From a bacterium (GTDB lineage: Bacteria > Patescibacteriota > Patescibacteriia > Patescibacteriales > UBA12465): a stretch of 64,000 nucleotides of DNA. Under the pieces are notes generated by a model. It worked only from the letters and a program-made list of their open reading frames with translations. It did not search any database and was not told the origin of the DNA. Where the stretch lies: assembly GCA_030696105.1 (NCBI GenBank), contig JAUYNJ010000001.1, positions 134,903 to 198,902 on the forward strand, given 5' to 3'. The translations under genes were made by a program, and so were the position numbers. Positions 46,855 to 56,475 of the stretch are shown piece after piece. Every line of letters begins with the position of its first letter. Within the stretch, counting starts at the first letter, position 1.

Positions 46855-47657
46855 AATTGACGGATTTTTAATGTTATAGAAAGCCAGGTGGCGGTTAAGA
46901 TAATAAATATGAGACTTGCTATTTGTGGCCAGCGAAGACCAAGGAGCATCGGCGTAGGATCAATTTTAATAAATTCCAAAGTAAAACGTAATAAGGAGTA
47001 GGCGATTAGATAGATGGCAACAATTAGCATCTGACGTCGGTAATTTAAAACAGAAAAACGATTAATAAGGTATATAAGAACGAAAAAAATTATTAAACTA
47101 CCAAGACTTTCATATAAGAAGGTCGGATGAAAATACTGAAATGACTCATACCCTATCGGTCTATTAATGAACGATATCGGAATGCCCCAGGGCAGGCTTG
47201 TTGGTAGGCCAAACAGCTCTTGATTGAACCAATTTGCAAAACGACCAATCGCTTGACCAAGGGCAAGTCCAGGAACAATAATCGCTGCTAGTATCAGCGC
47301 GTCGTAATGATGGCGCTTAGCAAAAAGAAAAAGCGCCAGTGCGCCGCCGATAATACCTCCATGAATAGCGAGTCCGCCTTCCCAAATTTTAAAGATAGAA
47401 ATGGGACTAGAGGCGTAGTACGAGAATTCAAGAAATACTTCGTAAAGTCGAGCCCCTAGTAAACCGCCTACAATCACCCAGACAGATAAATCAAGGATAG
47501 TATCGCGCTCAATTTTGTATCGACGCGCAATATATACGGAGCTCATGATACCAGCTATCATCGCTATCACTAAGATTAGTCCGTACCAGCGAATATTTAC
47601 CGGTCCAAGGGAAAACAACAATGGGTCCGGTGTGAATTTATGTAAGAGGTTAATCAT
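46851..47657 (-). CDS. lgt: prolipoprotein diacylglyceryl transferase
   Basis: Lgt-like TM pattern with conserved GGLLGARLYEV and HPTFLYESL. Confidence 0.8.
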   Translation of the reverse strand: MINLLHKFTPDPLLFSLGPVNIRWYGLILVIAMIAGIMSSVYIARRYKIERDTILDLSVWVIVGGLLGARLYEVFLEFSYYASSPISIFKIWEGGLAIHGGIIGGALALFLFAKRHHYDALILAAIIVPGLALGQAIGRFANWFNQELFGLPTSLPWGIPISFINRPIGYESFQYFHPTFLYESLGSLIIFFVLIYLINRFSVLNYRRQMLIVAIYLIAYSLLRFTLEFIKIDPTPMLLGLRWPQIASLIFIILTATWLSITLKIRQL

Positions 47658-47674
47658 TTGTAATCACTAAAGTG

Positions 47675-47756
47675 TGCGGACGGAGAGACTCGAACTCTCA
47701 AGGGTTGCCCCGCTAGCTCCTAAGGCTAGTGCGTCTACCAATTTCGCCACGTCCGC
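47675..47756 (-). tRNA. tRNA-Leu (anticodon TAG), class II
   Basis: Acceptor GCGGACG/CGTCCGC, anticodon stem CTAGC/GCTAG with loop CTTAGGA, long variable arm, T-arm GAGAG-TTCGAGT-CTCTC. Confidence 0.85.
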
Positions 47757-47853
47757 TAATTCGTGCCTGCTAATATCTTATGGTATTATTATGATAAAGT
47801 AAAGAATATGCTATAATGCCAATATAGTTTTGCAATAAAAAAATTTAAAGATA

Positions 47854-50265
47854 TTGTTTATGAACAAGCCCGTATTCGTTCGTTTTTTTGAAGAGCTGTC
47901 TATTAAAGATGTGCCTTCAGTCGGAGGGAAAAACGCCTCTTTGGGCGAGATGTATCGCAAGTTGCATGATCAAGGTATTAAAGTGCCTAACGGTTTTGCG
48001 ACAACTGCCTCGGCCTACAACTATTTTCTAGAAAGTACTGGTCTCAAAAAAAGAATTAAAGACATATTAAAAGATTTAGATACGAAAGATACTCGTAATC
48101 TAATGGCTCACGGTAAACGTGTTCGCGAAGAGATTTTAAAAGTGCAATTGCCAGCTGATTTTAAAAAAGAGATTGTTGCTGCTTACAAAAAACTCTCCGC
48201 TGAAAGTAAAGTGAAGGCTACAGATGTGGCTGTTCGCTCAAGCGCTACCGCTGAAGATTTACCAGACGCCTCTTTTGCTGGCCAGCAAGAAACATTTTTA
48301 AATATAGTCGGCGAAAAAGAATTATTGCTTGCCGTAAAGAAGTGTATTGCCTCTTTATTCACGGACCGCGCAATTTCATATCGTGAAGATAAAGGGTTTG
48401 ATCATTTTTCTATCGCTCTTTCGGTGGGTGTACAGAAAATGGTGCGCTCTGATCTTGGTTCCTCTGGCGTAATGTTCACCATCGACACTGAATCCGGTTT
48501 TCGTAATACCGTTTTAATAAATTCAATCTACGGACTCGGCGAGAATATTGTTCAAGGGCGTGTTAATCCCGATGAATACTATGTTTTCAAGCCGACGCTG
48601 GCGATTATTTCGCGCTCAATTGGCAAGAAAGAGGTGCGCATGATTTATAACCGTAAAGGTAAATCTCCTGTAAAAAACATTCCGGTATCAGCGAGTGATC
48701 GATTAAAGCCATCAATTAGTGATGCTCAAGTTAAGCAGTTAGCAAAATGGGGCATGATTATTGAGGAGCATTACGGCCGCGCCATGGATATAGAGTGGGC
48801 CTTAGATGGACGTAATAACGAATTATATATTATTCAGGCCCGCCCGGAAACGGTGCAAAGCATGAAGAACTTGAATGTCGTGGAGGAGTTCCGTTTAGAA
48901 AAAAAAGGTCGCATTATTGTTAAGGGGCAAAGTGTAGGCAATAAAATTGGTGCTGGTAAAGTCAGGCGGATTATGGATGTTAAACAAATTCATAGTTTCA
49001 AGCCTGGCGAGGTGCTGGTAACAGATATGACTGACCCCGACTGGGAACCAATCATGAAAATTGCCTCAGCTATAGTTACTGATAAGGGTGGGCGCACTTG
49101 TCACGCCGCCATTGTCTCACGTGAGCTAGGAATTCCTTGCGTCGTGGGCACTAATCGCGGCTCAGCACTAATTTCTAATGGCAGAAATGTAACTGTTAGT
49201 TGTGCTGAAGGAGAAGAGGGCTTTGTTTATGAAGGTAAACTTCCCTTTAAAGTATTATCAACTGATATTAAGGGTTTAAAAAAGACAAAGACGAAAATAA
49301 TGATGAATATTGGGGAGCCAGAAATGGCCTTCGCCCAATCATTTATCCCAAATGACGGTGTTGGTTTGGCCCGCTTAGAATTTATCATTAATAACTACAT
49401 TAAAATTCACCCTCTAGCTTTAATTAATTATTCTAAGCTGCAGGATAAAGAGGCTAAGAAGCAAATTGATGAATTGACTATCGGATATAGTGATAAGGCG
49501 CAGTACTTTGTTGACCGCCTAGCACAAGGCGTTGCTATTTTAGCGGCCGCCTTTTCACCGAAAGATGTTATTGTTCGTCTATCAGACTTTAAAACAAACG
49601 AATACGCAAATTTAATTGGCGGCAAGGAGTTTGAGCCACTCGAATCTAATCCGATGATTGGTTGGCGTGGGGCTAGTCGTTATTATGCAAAGCAGTTTGT
49701 GCCCGCCTTTAATTTGGAATGTAAAGCGATGAAACGCGTACGCGATGACTATGGCTTAACCAACCTTAAAATAATGGTACCCTTCTGTCGCACGGTTGAA
49801 GAGGGTGTTAAAGTGCAGGAAATCATGGCTAAGAATGGATTGAAACGCGGTAAGAATGGCTTGCAGCTATACATGATGGCCGAAATACCATCAAATATAA
49901 TTCTCGCCGATAAATTTTGTGGTATTTTTGACGGCTTTTCTATCGGCTCTAATGATCTTACGCAGTTAGTCCTCGGTATTGATCGCGACTCCGGTGGTAG
50001 CCTGAAGATTGAAGGGGTCTCGAATGAAAATAATGAGGCGGTCAAGATTATGATTAAGAGCCTTATTGCTGTCGCTAAGAAACGTAAACGCAAAGTCGGT
50101 ATTTGTGGACAGGGTCCAAGTGACTTCCCTGAATTTGCTGAGTTCCTTGTTTCTGCCGGTATCGATAGTCTCTCTCTGATTCCTGATACAATTATTCCAA
50201 CAACACTTAACTTGCTCAAAAAAGAAAAAAGACTGCGTCGACGCGGCTTGCTCTCAATGGTCTAA
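47854..50265 (+). CDS. ppsA: phosphoenolpyruvate synthase (pyruvate, water dikinase)
   Basis: 803 aa with an ATP-grasp N-terminus (VPSVGGKNASLGEM), phosphohistidine domain GGRTCHAAIVSRELGIPCVVG, and a C-terminal PEP-utilizing TIM barrel. Confidence 0.9.
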   Translation: MFMNKPVFVRFFEELSIKDVPSVGGKNASLGEMYRKLHDQGIKVPNGFATTASAYNYFLESTGLKKRIKDILKDLDTKDTRNLMAHGKRVREEILKVQLPADFKKEIVAAYKKLSAESKVKATDVAVRSSATAEDLPDASFAGQQETFLNIVGEKELLLAVKKCIASLFTDRAISYREDKGFDHFSIALSVGVQKMVRSDLGSSGVMFTIDTESGFRNTVLINSIYGLGENIVQGRVNPDEYYVFKPTLAIISRSIGKKEVRMIYNRKGKSPVKNIPVSASDRLKPSISDAQVKQLAKWGMIIEEHYGRAMDIEWALDGRNNELYIIQARPETVQSMKNLNVVEEFRLEKKGRIIVKGQSVGNKIGAGKVRRIMDVKQIHSFKPGEVLVTDMTDPDWEPIMKIASAIVTDKGGRTCHAAIVSRELGIPCVVGTNRGSALISNGRNVTVSCAEGEEGFVYEGKLPFKVLSTDIKGLKKTKTKIMMNIGEPEMAFAQSFIPNDGVGLARLEFIINNYIKIHPLALINYSKLQDKEAKKQIDELTIGYSDKAQYFVDRLAQGVAILAAAFSPKDVIVRLSDFKTNEYANLIGGKEFEPLESNPMIGWRGASRYYAKQFVPAFNLECKAMKRVRDDYGLTNLKIMVPFCRTVEEGVKVQEIMAKNGLKRGKNGLQLYMMAEIPSNIILADKFCGIFDGFSIGSNDLTQLVLGIDRDSGGSLKIEGVSNENNEAVKIMIKSLIAVAKKRKRKVGICGQGPSDFPEFAEFLVSAGIDSLSLIPDTIIPTTLNLLKKEKRLRRRGLLSMV

Positions 50266-50281
50266 AGGTTTATATACACAA

Positions 50282-50316
50282 AACACCCGCCCCGTTTTAC
50301 GGGGAGGGTGTTTTTA
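50282..50316 (+). terminator. rho-independent terminator after ppsA
   Basis: ACACCCGCCCCGttttaCGGGGAGGGTGTttttat. Confidence 0.6.
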
Positions 50317-50330
50317 TATTGCTTTGAATA

Positions 50331-51038
50331 TTATTTTACTTCTTCAAGCACTTCGATGGTGGCACGCTTGACGCCAAATTGTCTGGCATCTGCGTATTCA
50401 AGCATCCAAATGTCGACACGATCGGTATAACGTCTATTCATGCGATCGCGAACAACGAAGACACGGTCGCCGAATAATTCTGGAATACGTATCTTTGTAC
50501 CGAATTTCAGAAAGTTGGCGGCTACAGTATCTTCAATGCCATGTTCACAGACATTGAAATTATTGGCCGTGATACAAGGAGTGCTATCAGTTTGAGCCTC
50601 AAGTGAGTTATAGGCAGTCATAGAGTGGGTGCTGGTGCGTACAACGCGGTACTCGGGTTCTGTTTTGACTTGTTCTGTCTCATCTGTAATTTCAAGCTTT
50701 AACTCTGGGGCTGGTTCTGGCTTAATACCGACATATGGCAACTCTAAGGCTGCACTGGCCTGACTCTCTGCATTTTCGATTAATGCTGCCACAATCGGTG
50801 AGGCTGCACTCTTACTCATGACGCCAAGCTTAACGACGTCTTCTTTAGCCATTGCCTCAGCCGCTAGGACGGGGGCGAAGAAAAACATGAATTGGAACAC
50901 ACAAACAACGATTAGTCCTAAGACTTCTCGCTGGCGTCTACTAAGAGGCACTAAGTCCTCGCTCATCTTGATGATTTTCATAGCAGCGTAGGTTAATTTA
51001 ATCAAACAAAAAATCCCGACTATATAATTGATAAACAA
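50331..51038 (-). CDS. 3D-domain (MltA/RlpA-like) cell-wall-associated protein
   Basis: C-terminal 3D domain FGTKIRIPELFGDRVFVVRDRMNRRYTDRVDIWM. N-terminal TM anchor. Confidence 0.6.
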   Translation of the reverse strand: MFINYIVGIFCLIKLTYAAMKIIKMSEDLVPLSRRQREVLGLIVVCVFQFMFFFAPVLAAEAMAKEDVVKLGVMSKSAASPIVAALIENAESQASAALELPYVGIKPEPAPELKLEITDETEQVKTEPEYRVVRTSTHSMTAYNSLEAQTDSTPCITANNFNVCEHGIEDTVAANFLKFGTKIRIPELFGDRVFVVRDRMNRRYTDRVDIWMLEYADARQFGVKRATIEVLEEVK

Positions 51039-51112
51039 ATAAGTGGGATTTTGTAACTTACATTTATATCATGTCTGGATTAAAAAGTCAAGGGTGTCCT
51101 GGGGAAAAGTTA

Positions 51113-51141
51113 TTGACAGATGTCAAAATATGTGATATATT
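51113..51141 (+). promoter_or_regulatory. sigma70-type promoter TTGACA-N17-TATATT for the 51230 gene
   Basis: TTGACA 51113-51118, TATATT 51136-51141. Confidence 0.45.
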
Positions 51142-51229
51142 TTATAGTTACCAGCTAGAATGACAAATTTTAGCTAATAATGAGTAAAAGTACATTTAAC
51201 AATCAAACAAACCAAAAAAAACTGATATC

Positions 51230-52060
51230 ATGAAAAAAGTAGCAATTTTGTTTATGCTTATCGTTGTGACGATTTGCGTAAACGCTCAAACCCGCCAGCA
51301 AATTAAGGCGGAAAAGAAAATCCGAATAGAACTATCTCAGCTGTATGCGCAACTAAGGGTAGTTAACAGCAGAATTTCAGGTCTCGCCTCCGACACGGCT
51401 AAAATCTTTGAACAAAAACAAAGACTTAACGCCGCTATTAATGGTGGTGCAATCACCGGGGAGCAGGAGTTCGCCTACAAGAATCAGCTTGGCAAAATTG
51501 AGACGGTTTTACGATCGGCTCGTACTAAAACAAACTCTTCACACTACCAAGGTCTTAAGACTGAGGAAATGCGTCTGCAGTTTCGCATCACTGAGCTCCA
51601 GCTGAATCTGCGAGATTTCACCGACAAAACGGTAAAACAAGCCTACAAAGACGAAATCCCACGCGAACTAACAGTTACAGAGGAAAAACGTCGTAAACGC
51701 GGCAACAACATCCGTCGCGAAGAGCTTGGCTATAAAAAGCTCGAGGCTACCACGGTGAACGCGGATCCAGTTCAAGGTTATCTTGGGTTAATATGGAACC
51801 AAACCAGGTACACCCCAGCACTGTTTGTCATCAAGGACGCTAGCGGACGCGATGTTGATAAAGGAACGTTTTTTCTCCAACCCGGAGAAAGTGTTGAAGC
51901 ATACTTGCTTCCTGGCCAGTATATCGGCGTTGTCAAAGTACACGGTCAAATATCGGGCAGTTCCATGATTAAATCGGAACCTTCTCAAAAGTATATTGAC
52001 GCCGGTAAAGGCAAAAACCAATATCATTGGTTTCTAACAAAAACCCGTGACGGTATCTGA
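51230..52060 (+). CDS. hypothetical secreted protein (276 aa)
   Basis: Signal peptide MKKVAILFMLIVVTICVNAQ. Coiled-coil-like N-terminal half. No recognisable family. Confidence 0.45.
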   Translation: MKKVAILFMLIVVTICVNAQTRQQIKAEKKIRIELSQLYAQLRVVNSRISGLASDTAKIFEQKQRLNAAINGGAITGEQEFAYKNQLGKIETVLRSARTKTNSSHYQGLKTEEMRLQFRITELQLNLRDFTDKTVKQAYKDEIPRELTVTEEKRRKRGNNIRREELGYKKLEATTVNADPVQGYLGLIWNQTRYTPALFVIKDASGRDVDKGTFFLQPGESVEAYLLPGQYIGVVKVHGQISGSSMIKSEPSQKYIDAGKGKNQYHWFLTKTRDGI

Positions 52061-52162
52061 AGAGCGTCTCGCAATAACGAACGTATAAGCCATTATCTAA
52101 TAATGGCTTTTTTTCTATCAAAAAAGGCATTTGTAAAATGCCTTTTTAAGTAACACGATTTA

Positions 52163-52594
52163 TTACACACCGACAACCCCGCCGTTATTTGTGCTACCCC
52201 CCGTCATCGGCAACTCTCTGAAGATAAAGGTGGTGATGGCGAAGGCGGCGAGAATGATGATTAGGCCGATAATTGAAGTCTTTAAAGTATGCTTAGCTTT
52301 AGTGACCGCTTCTTCATTTCCAGACGCAGTCATCCAGCGGTAGCCAGTAAATATCATTAGAACTAAGAATATAATACCGAGTAAACTTAAAATCACTTTA
52401 ATCAGTGTGGCAATCATGTAACTTAGTGAAGTGTCGCCGAGTTGGGCGGTTGTTTGCATTGCAGCGGCTGGGCCGCTTATATTATCTATATAGTTAGTTC
52501 CTCCAGTAGTGGTGTTCTGAGCTAGCACAAGAGCAGGTAAAACAAGTAGCGCGACAACGAAGACAAAAACGGTGTATTTAATAGTTTTACTCAT
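52163..52594 (-). CDS. TrbC/VirB2-like pilin-family protein (tandem paralog F)
   Basis: Signal peptide; GIIFLVLMIFTGYRWMTASGNEEAVTKAKH; second TM helix. I took the start at ATG 52594 (MSKTIKYTVFV). Confidence 0.65.
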   Translation of the reverse strand: MSKTIKYTVFVFVVALLVLPALVLAQNTTTGGTNYIDNISGPAAAMQTTAQLGDTSLSYMIATLIKVILSLLGIIFLVLMIFTGYRWMTASGNEEAVTKAKHTLKTSIIGLIIILAAFAITTFIFRELPMTGGSTNNGGVVGV

Positions 52595-52598
52595 ATAT

Positions 52599-53027
52599 TT
52601 ATAATTTAGCGATAATTTCGAAGAGAACAAAGGTCCAAATGCCCCAGGCGCTGAGAACTATTATTAAACCGATAACCGCGCTGGTTATTATTTTTTTTGC
52701 CTTTGATACGGATTCTTCGTTACCAGACGCCGTCATCCAATTGAATCCAGCATAGATAATTAAGACAACAAAGATAATGCCCAGCAGACTTAAGGCGGCG
52801 TTAACTATTGTGCCGATAGTTTTGGGTAAGGTGTTTTCATCGGCAGTGTTATAGGGCCCAGCTGCACCTGGGCTGCCAGTCCCTACCTTTTCTAACATTT
52901 GCAGGGGATTAGCGTCGGCACTAATGGTGCCAGTATTTGCAGTTTGCGCAAACACGAAATAAGGCAAAACCATTACAGCTGTGAGAATAATTAAGGTCAG
53001 AACCGGTTTTAAAGCTTTAATTTTCAT
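52599..53027 (-). CDS. TrbC/VirB2-like pilin-family protein (tandem paralog E)
   Basis: GIIFVVLIIYAGFNWMTASGNEESVSKAKK. Confidence 0.65.
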   Translation of the reverse strand: MKIKALKPVLTLIILTAVMVLPYFVFAQTANTGTISADANPLQMLEKVGTGSPGAAGPYNTADENTLPKTIGTIVNAALSLLGIIFVVLIIYAGFNWMTASGNEESVSKAKKIITSAVIGLIIVLSAWGIWTFVLFEIIAKL

Positions 53028-53036
53028 ATGAAAAAA

Positions 53037-53435
53037 TTAGGTAACGAGATTAATTACAAAATAAGAAATCGCGTAAGCCGACAAAATTATAATTAAACCG
53101 AGCAATGACTGCACGATGATAGTTCTGCCTTTTTTAGTTTTTTCTTCATTACCAGCGGCTGTTAAGTACAAAAATCCACCGTAAATAACAAACAAAACAA
53201 AGATAATGCCTAATAAGGAAATAATGGCAGTGACAATTCTTCCAGCTAGCGACTCAACGGTGATTCCAGGCAGATAACCGCCGCCTTGCTCAGCAACTGT
53301 CTGCAGAGGCTTATTGGTGTCTCTTTTGAAGGCATCTTTAAGGGTTGGCGCAGCTAATACATCATTCACAAACAACGTAAAAAAGGCAAAACTGCCGATG
53401 ATGTAGTGAGAAACAGTTTTTATAGAAATATTCAT
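53037..53435 (-). CDS. TrbC/VirB2-like pilin-family protein (tandem paralog D)
   Basis: GIIFVLFVIYGGFLYLTAAGNEEKTKKGRT. Confidence 0.65.
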   Translation of the reverse strand: MNISIKTVSHYIIGSFAFFTLFVNDVLAAPTLKDAFKRDTNKPLQTVAEQGGGYLPGITVESLAGRIVTAIISLLGIIFVLFVIYGGFLYLTAAGNEEKTKKGRTIIVQSLLGLIIILSAYAISYFVINLVT

Positions 53436-53439
53436 GCAC

Positions 53440-53844
53440 TTAACTCTTGGTAGTTAATACTAGTTGTAAAACAAAGTAGCTGATTGCATAAGCTGCAAGC
53501 ACAATAATTAAACCAATGATAGATTCTGTGAGTAATTCTTTTGCTTTACGTACTTTTTCCTCGTTGCCTTGGGCTGTCATCCAGGTGATGCCAGCATAAA
53601 TTATTAAGGCTAAAAAGATAACACCGAGGACGGAAATAATTACTGTAATGATTTTAGAAACATAACCTTCAAGCGTCGGGGCAGAAGCGCCAATATCATA
53701 ACCAGCGGCAGCGCCTGTTTTGTCGAGTCCACTCTGCTCACTAAAATTATAAGAGCCCCCATCTTGAGCGAGAGCTAAAACAGGAGCGAATATTGAAGAG
53801 GCAATAATTAAGAAGGCGAAGATGGAGCCAAGTACCCTTTTCAT
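53440..53844 (-). CDS. TrbC/VirB2-like pilin-family protein (tandem paralog C)
   Basis: GVIFLALIIYAGITWMTAQGNEEKVRKAKE. Confidence 0.65.
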   Translation of the reverse strand: MKRVLGSIFAFLIIASSIFAPVLALAQDGGSYNFSEQSGLDKTGAAAGYDIGASAPTLEGYVSKIITVIISVLGVIFLALIIYAGITWMTAQGNEEKVRKAKELLTESIIGLIIVLAAYAISYFVLQLVLTTKS

Positions 53845-53847
53845 AGA

Positions 53848-54252
53848 TTAAATTAATTTATCACCAACAAAGGCGGTAATTGCGTAGGCAGCCAGAACGA
53901 TAATAAGACCAATAATTGCATTTATCATTAAATCTTTGGCTTTCGTAACCTTTTCACTGTTGCCTTGGGCGGTCATCCAACTAAGTCCGGCAAAAATCAT
54001 CAGCACTAAGAATAAAACGCCGATAAAAGACAACACCAGCCCTATAAGTGAGCCGACTCTGGTGGCTAAAAAGTTGTCGCTGCTAGCTCCGACCTGATCT
54101 TTGTAAGCATCAACCATTCCGGCTGTTGCATCGAGCCCGTACTTATCAGGTTCTGTCAGTGCGGAAACCGTTGTGCCTATAAAAAAACCGGCAAGCAAAG
54201 CACAGGTTAAGACAAAAGTTGATACGATTCTGGTAATTTTCGTACTAATCAT
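53848..54252 (-). CDS. TrbC/VirB2-like pilin-family protein (tandem paralog B)
   Basis: GVLFLVLMIFAGLSWMTAQGNSEKVTKAKD. Confidence 0.65.
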   Translation of the reverse strand: MISTKITRIVSTFVLTCALLAGFFIGTTVSALTEPDKYGLDATAGMVDAYKDQVGASSDNFLATRVGSLIGLVLSFIGVLFLVLMIFAGLSWMTAQGNSEKVTKAKDLMINAIIGLIIVLAAYAITAFVGDKLI

Positions 54253-54270
54253 ATATATTATTTATTTTTT

Positions 54271-54360
54271 CACTGCTCTGCATACCAGCGAAGCTGATTT
54301 TCAGAGCAGTGGCCCCTGTTTTAAACAAGGGCCGTGCTTTTCTAAAATCGATTTTAGAAA
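54271..54360 (-). promoter_or_regulatory. hairpin cluster between pilin paralogs A and B (terminator/attenuator-like), including a perfect 22-bp palindrome
   Basis: 10-bp inverted repeat CACTGCTCTG...CAGAGCAGTG (54271-54311). Imperfect GGCCCCTGTT...AACAAGGGCC (54311-54333). Perfect palindrome TTTCTAAAATCGATTTTAGAAA (54339-54360), immediately 3' of the paralog A stop. Confidence 0.4.
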
Positions 54361-54365
54361 CTTAA

Positions 54366-54767
54366 TTACCCGTTGACGATCTGACCTCCAGTCGCCTCGA
54401 CTAATTCTCTCAAGATGAAGGTGGCGATACCCCAGGCAGACAAAATGATGACTAAGCCGATAACACCAGCGCCCATGAGCTTTCTGGCTTCAGCAACCTT
54501 TTCTTCATTTCCACCTGCAGTCATCCATTTGAAACCAGCAGCAAGAATGATGACAACGGCGATGATGCCCAAGAAGAGCATGGCTACGTTGATTAATCTA
54601 GCGACGGTTTCTCTTGGATCGGTGTTGGTTAAGCCGTTGTCTCCAAAGCCTGTTTCGATTTGTTCAAGGCCTAAGTTGAGGTTGCCCTGTGCAAAAGTTA
54701 CAGCAGGCACCATTAAAAAGGAGAGCATGGCAAAAGCCATTAAGTATTTTACGATTGTTTTTTTCAT
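54366..54767 (-). CDS. TrbC/VirB2-like pilin-family protein (tandem paralog A)
   Basis: GIIAVVIILAAGFKWMTAGGNEEKVAEARK. Confidence 0.65.
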   Translation of the reverse strand: MKKTIVKYLMAFAMLSFLMVPAVTFAQGNLNLGLEQIETGFGDNGLTNTDPRETVARLINVAMLFLGIIAVVIILAAGFKWMTAGGNEEKVAEARKLMGAGVIGLVIILSAWGIATFILRELVEATGGQIVNG

Positions 54768-54870
54768 AAATTCACCACCTTTCTAGTTGTTGATTGTTTA
54801 CTAACGTAATCATATTTTATCATATGTAAGTAGCAAAGACAAACAATTGGAGTTATGATAAGATATATTT

Positions 54871-56466
54871 ATGACTAAAAATTACCAAAAATTGTCAATA
54901 GTTCTCGGCTTGGGCCTATTTTTTGTGGGTATGTTTATTTTAGCCTTGGTAAATTCCTACTCATATTCAGATAACGATTTAGGCTGGCACTTACGTATTG
55001 GTAATGATATTGCTGTTTCAGGGGTGGCGCCGACCATAAACTATTATAATTATACCCTTGCTGGGGATAAATGGGTTGATCACGAGTGGCTTCTAAATCT
55101 CGCGATGTTTAAGGTTTTCGAGTTTGGCGGCTTTTCTGGTTTACATATTATATTTGCTCTGCTGGTATTACTTATTGTATATCTAGCCTGGCAGAGGACG
55201 AGAGAATTTAATGGTAAGTCCATCGCTGGCAGCGTTATTAGCCTGGCTCTAATCGCACTTGCAATATGGGCGAGCCGGCCTCATCTTGGCATTAGGGTAC
55301 AGGAATTTGCCTTGTTACTAATTCTACTGTTGCTCTACGCGATTGATTTGTTCCCGCTTAAAACTAGATTATTCTGTTTTTTACCATTAGTCTTTATATT
55401 CTGGGCAAATATCCACGGTAGCTTTATTTTAGGCTTGGGTATTTTATTCGCTTATAGTGTTTACCTGTGGGCGCAGCCACTCTTACGTAGAATTGCATTC
55501 TTACATAATCTATTACATTCAAAATATAGTAAACAAGACAAAATAATCTCTAGTGTTGTCCTGTCGCTATCTCTGTTAGGTACCTTAATTAATCCTTACG
55601 GAGTAAAGTTATATGCTTTCTTGGGTGGCTATACCAACACTTTTTACATGAAGCATATTTCGGAGTGGCAAGGTCAATCTTCAATTCCTTTATACTATCC
55701 TCAGCTCGTTTATTTAGCTATTTTTGTTTCTTTTGTTGGTATATTTCTTTATATCAATCGTGGCAATAAAAATAACCAGTCTCTTTGGGACTGGGGCGTG
55801 TCACTTTTGTTTTTTGTTTTAGCTCTACGGTCACGGCGCCACTTTCCTATATTCGCTTTTGCCTCCTTACCCCTACTAGTTTTGGCCGTAAAGCAGATGA
55901 TTGCCGGCGCTCAGCTTAAGTTAAGTAACAGGTTAAAAAAAATCATTACCGTTTTAATGATCGCAGCTGTCTTACTGGCTTTCATATCCTTAGCCATTCG
56001 CTTGCCTGTTAAACAAGGTAGCATTAATGACGGATGTGAGACAAAATATCCGTGTGCTGCTGTAAGTTTTTTGAAACAGCAAACAGAAATGCAAGATTTA
56101 AGACTGTTAAACGAGTTTAATTGGGGCGGGTATTTACTCTACGCTTACCCGGAAAGACAAATATTTATTGACGGACGCATGCCGCAAGCGTCTTATAAAG
56201 AACATACGATTTTAGAAGAGTATTCTCAGTTCAAAGTCGCAGACACAGACTTTCGGGCCTTACTTACTGAGCATGACATCGGGCTCGTGCTCTTATATTC
56301 GTCAGACAGACAAGTTAAAATTAGTAAATTCGAGCAGTTATTTCTACATATTGAACCAGAAGAGGTGATAGTGGACAGTTATTTGAGAGATTATTTGTCA
56401 TATTCCCCAGCCTGGGAAGAAATTTATAGAGATAATCTGAGTATTGTATTTAAGCGAAAGAAGTAA
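54871..56466 (+). CDS. large polytopic membrane protein (possible GT-C-type glycosyltransferase / polymerase-like), hypothetical
   Basis: 531 aa with about 12 TM helices followed by a roughly 150-aa C-terminal soluble domain. No motif I can name confidently. Confidence 0.35.
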   Translation: MTKNYQKLSIVLGLGLFFVGMFILALVNSYSYSDNDLGWHLRIGNDIAVSGVAPTINYYNYTLAGDKWVDHEWLLNLAMFKVFEFGGFSGLHIIFALLVLLIVYLAWQRTREFNGKSIAGSVISLALIALAIWASRPHLGIRVQEFALLLILLLLYAIDLFPLKTRLFCFLPLVFIFWANIHGSFILGLGILFAYSVYLWAQPLLRRIAFLHNLLHSKYSKQDKIISSVVLSLSLLGTLINPYGVKLYAFLGGYTNTFYMKHISEWQGQSSIPLYYPQLVYLAIFVSFVGIFLYINRGNKNNQSLWDWGVSLLFFVLALRSRRHFPIFAFASLPLLVLAVKQMIAGAQLKLSNRLKKIITVLMIAAVLLAFISLAIRLPVKQGSINDGCETKYPCAAVSFLKQQTEMQDLRLLNEFNWGGYLLYAYPERQIFIDGRMPQASYKEHTILEEYSQFKVADTDFRALLTEHDIGLVLLYSSDRQVKISKFEQLFLHIEPEEVIVDSYLRDYLSYSPAWEEIYRDNLSIVFKRKK

Positions 56467-56475
56467 TATTTATTA

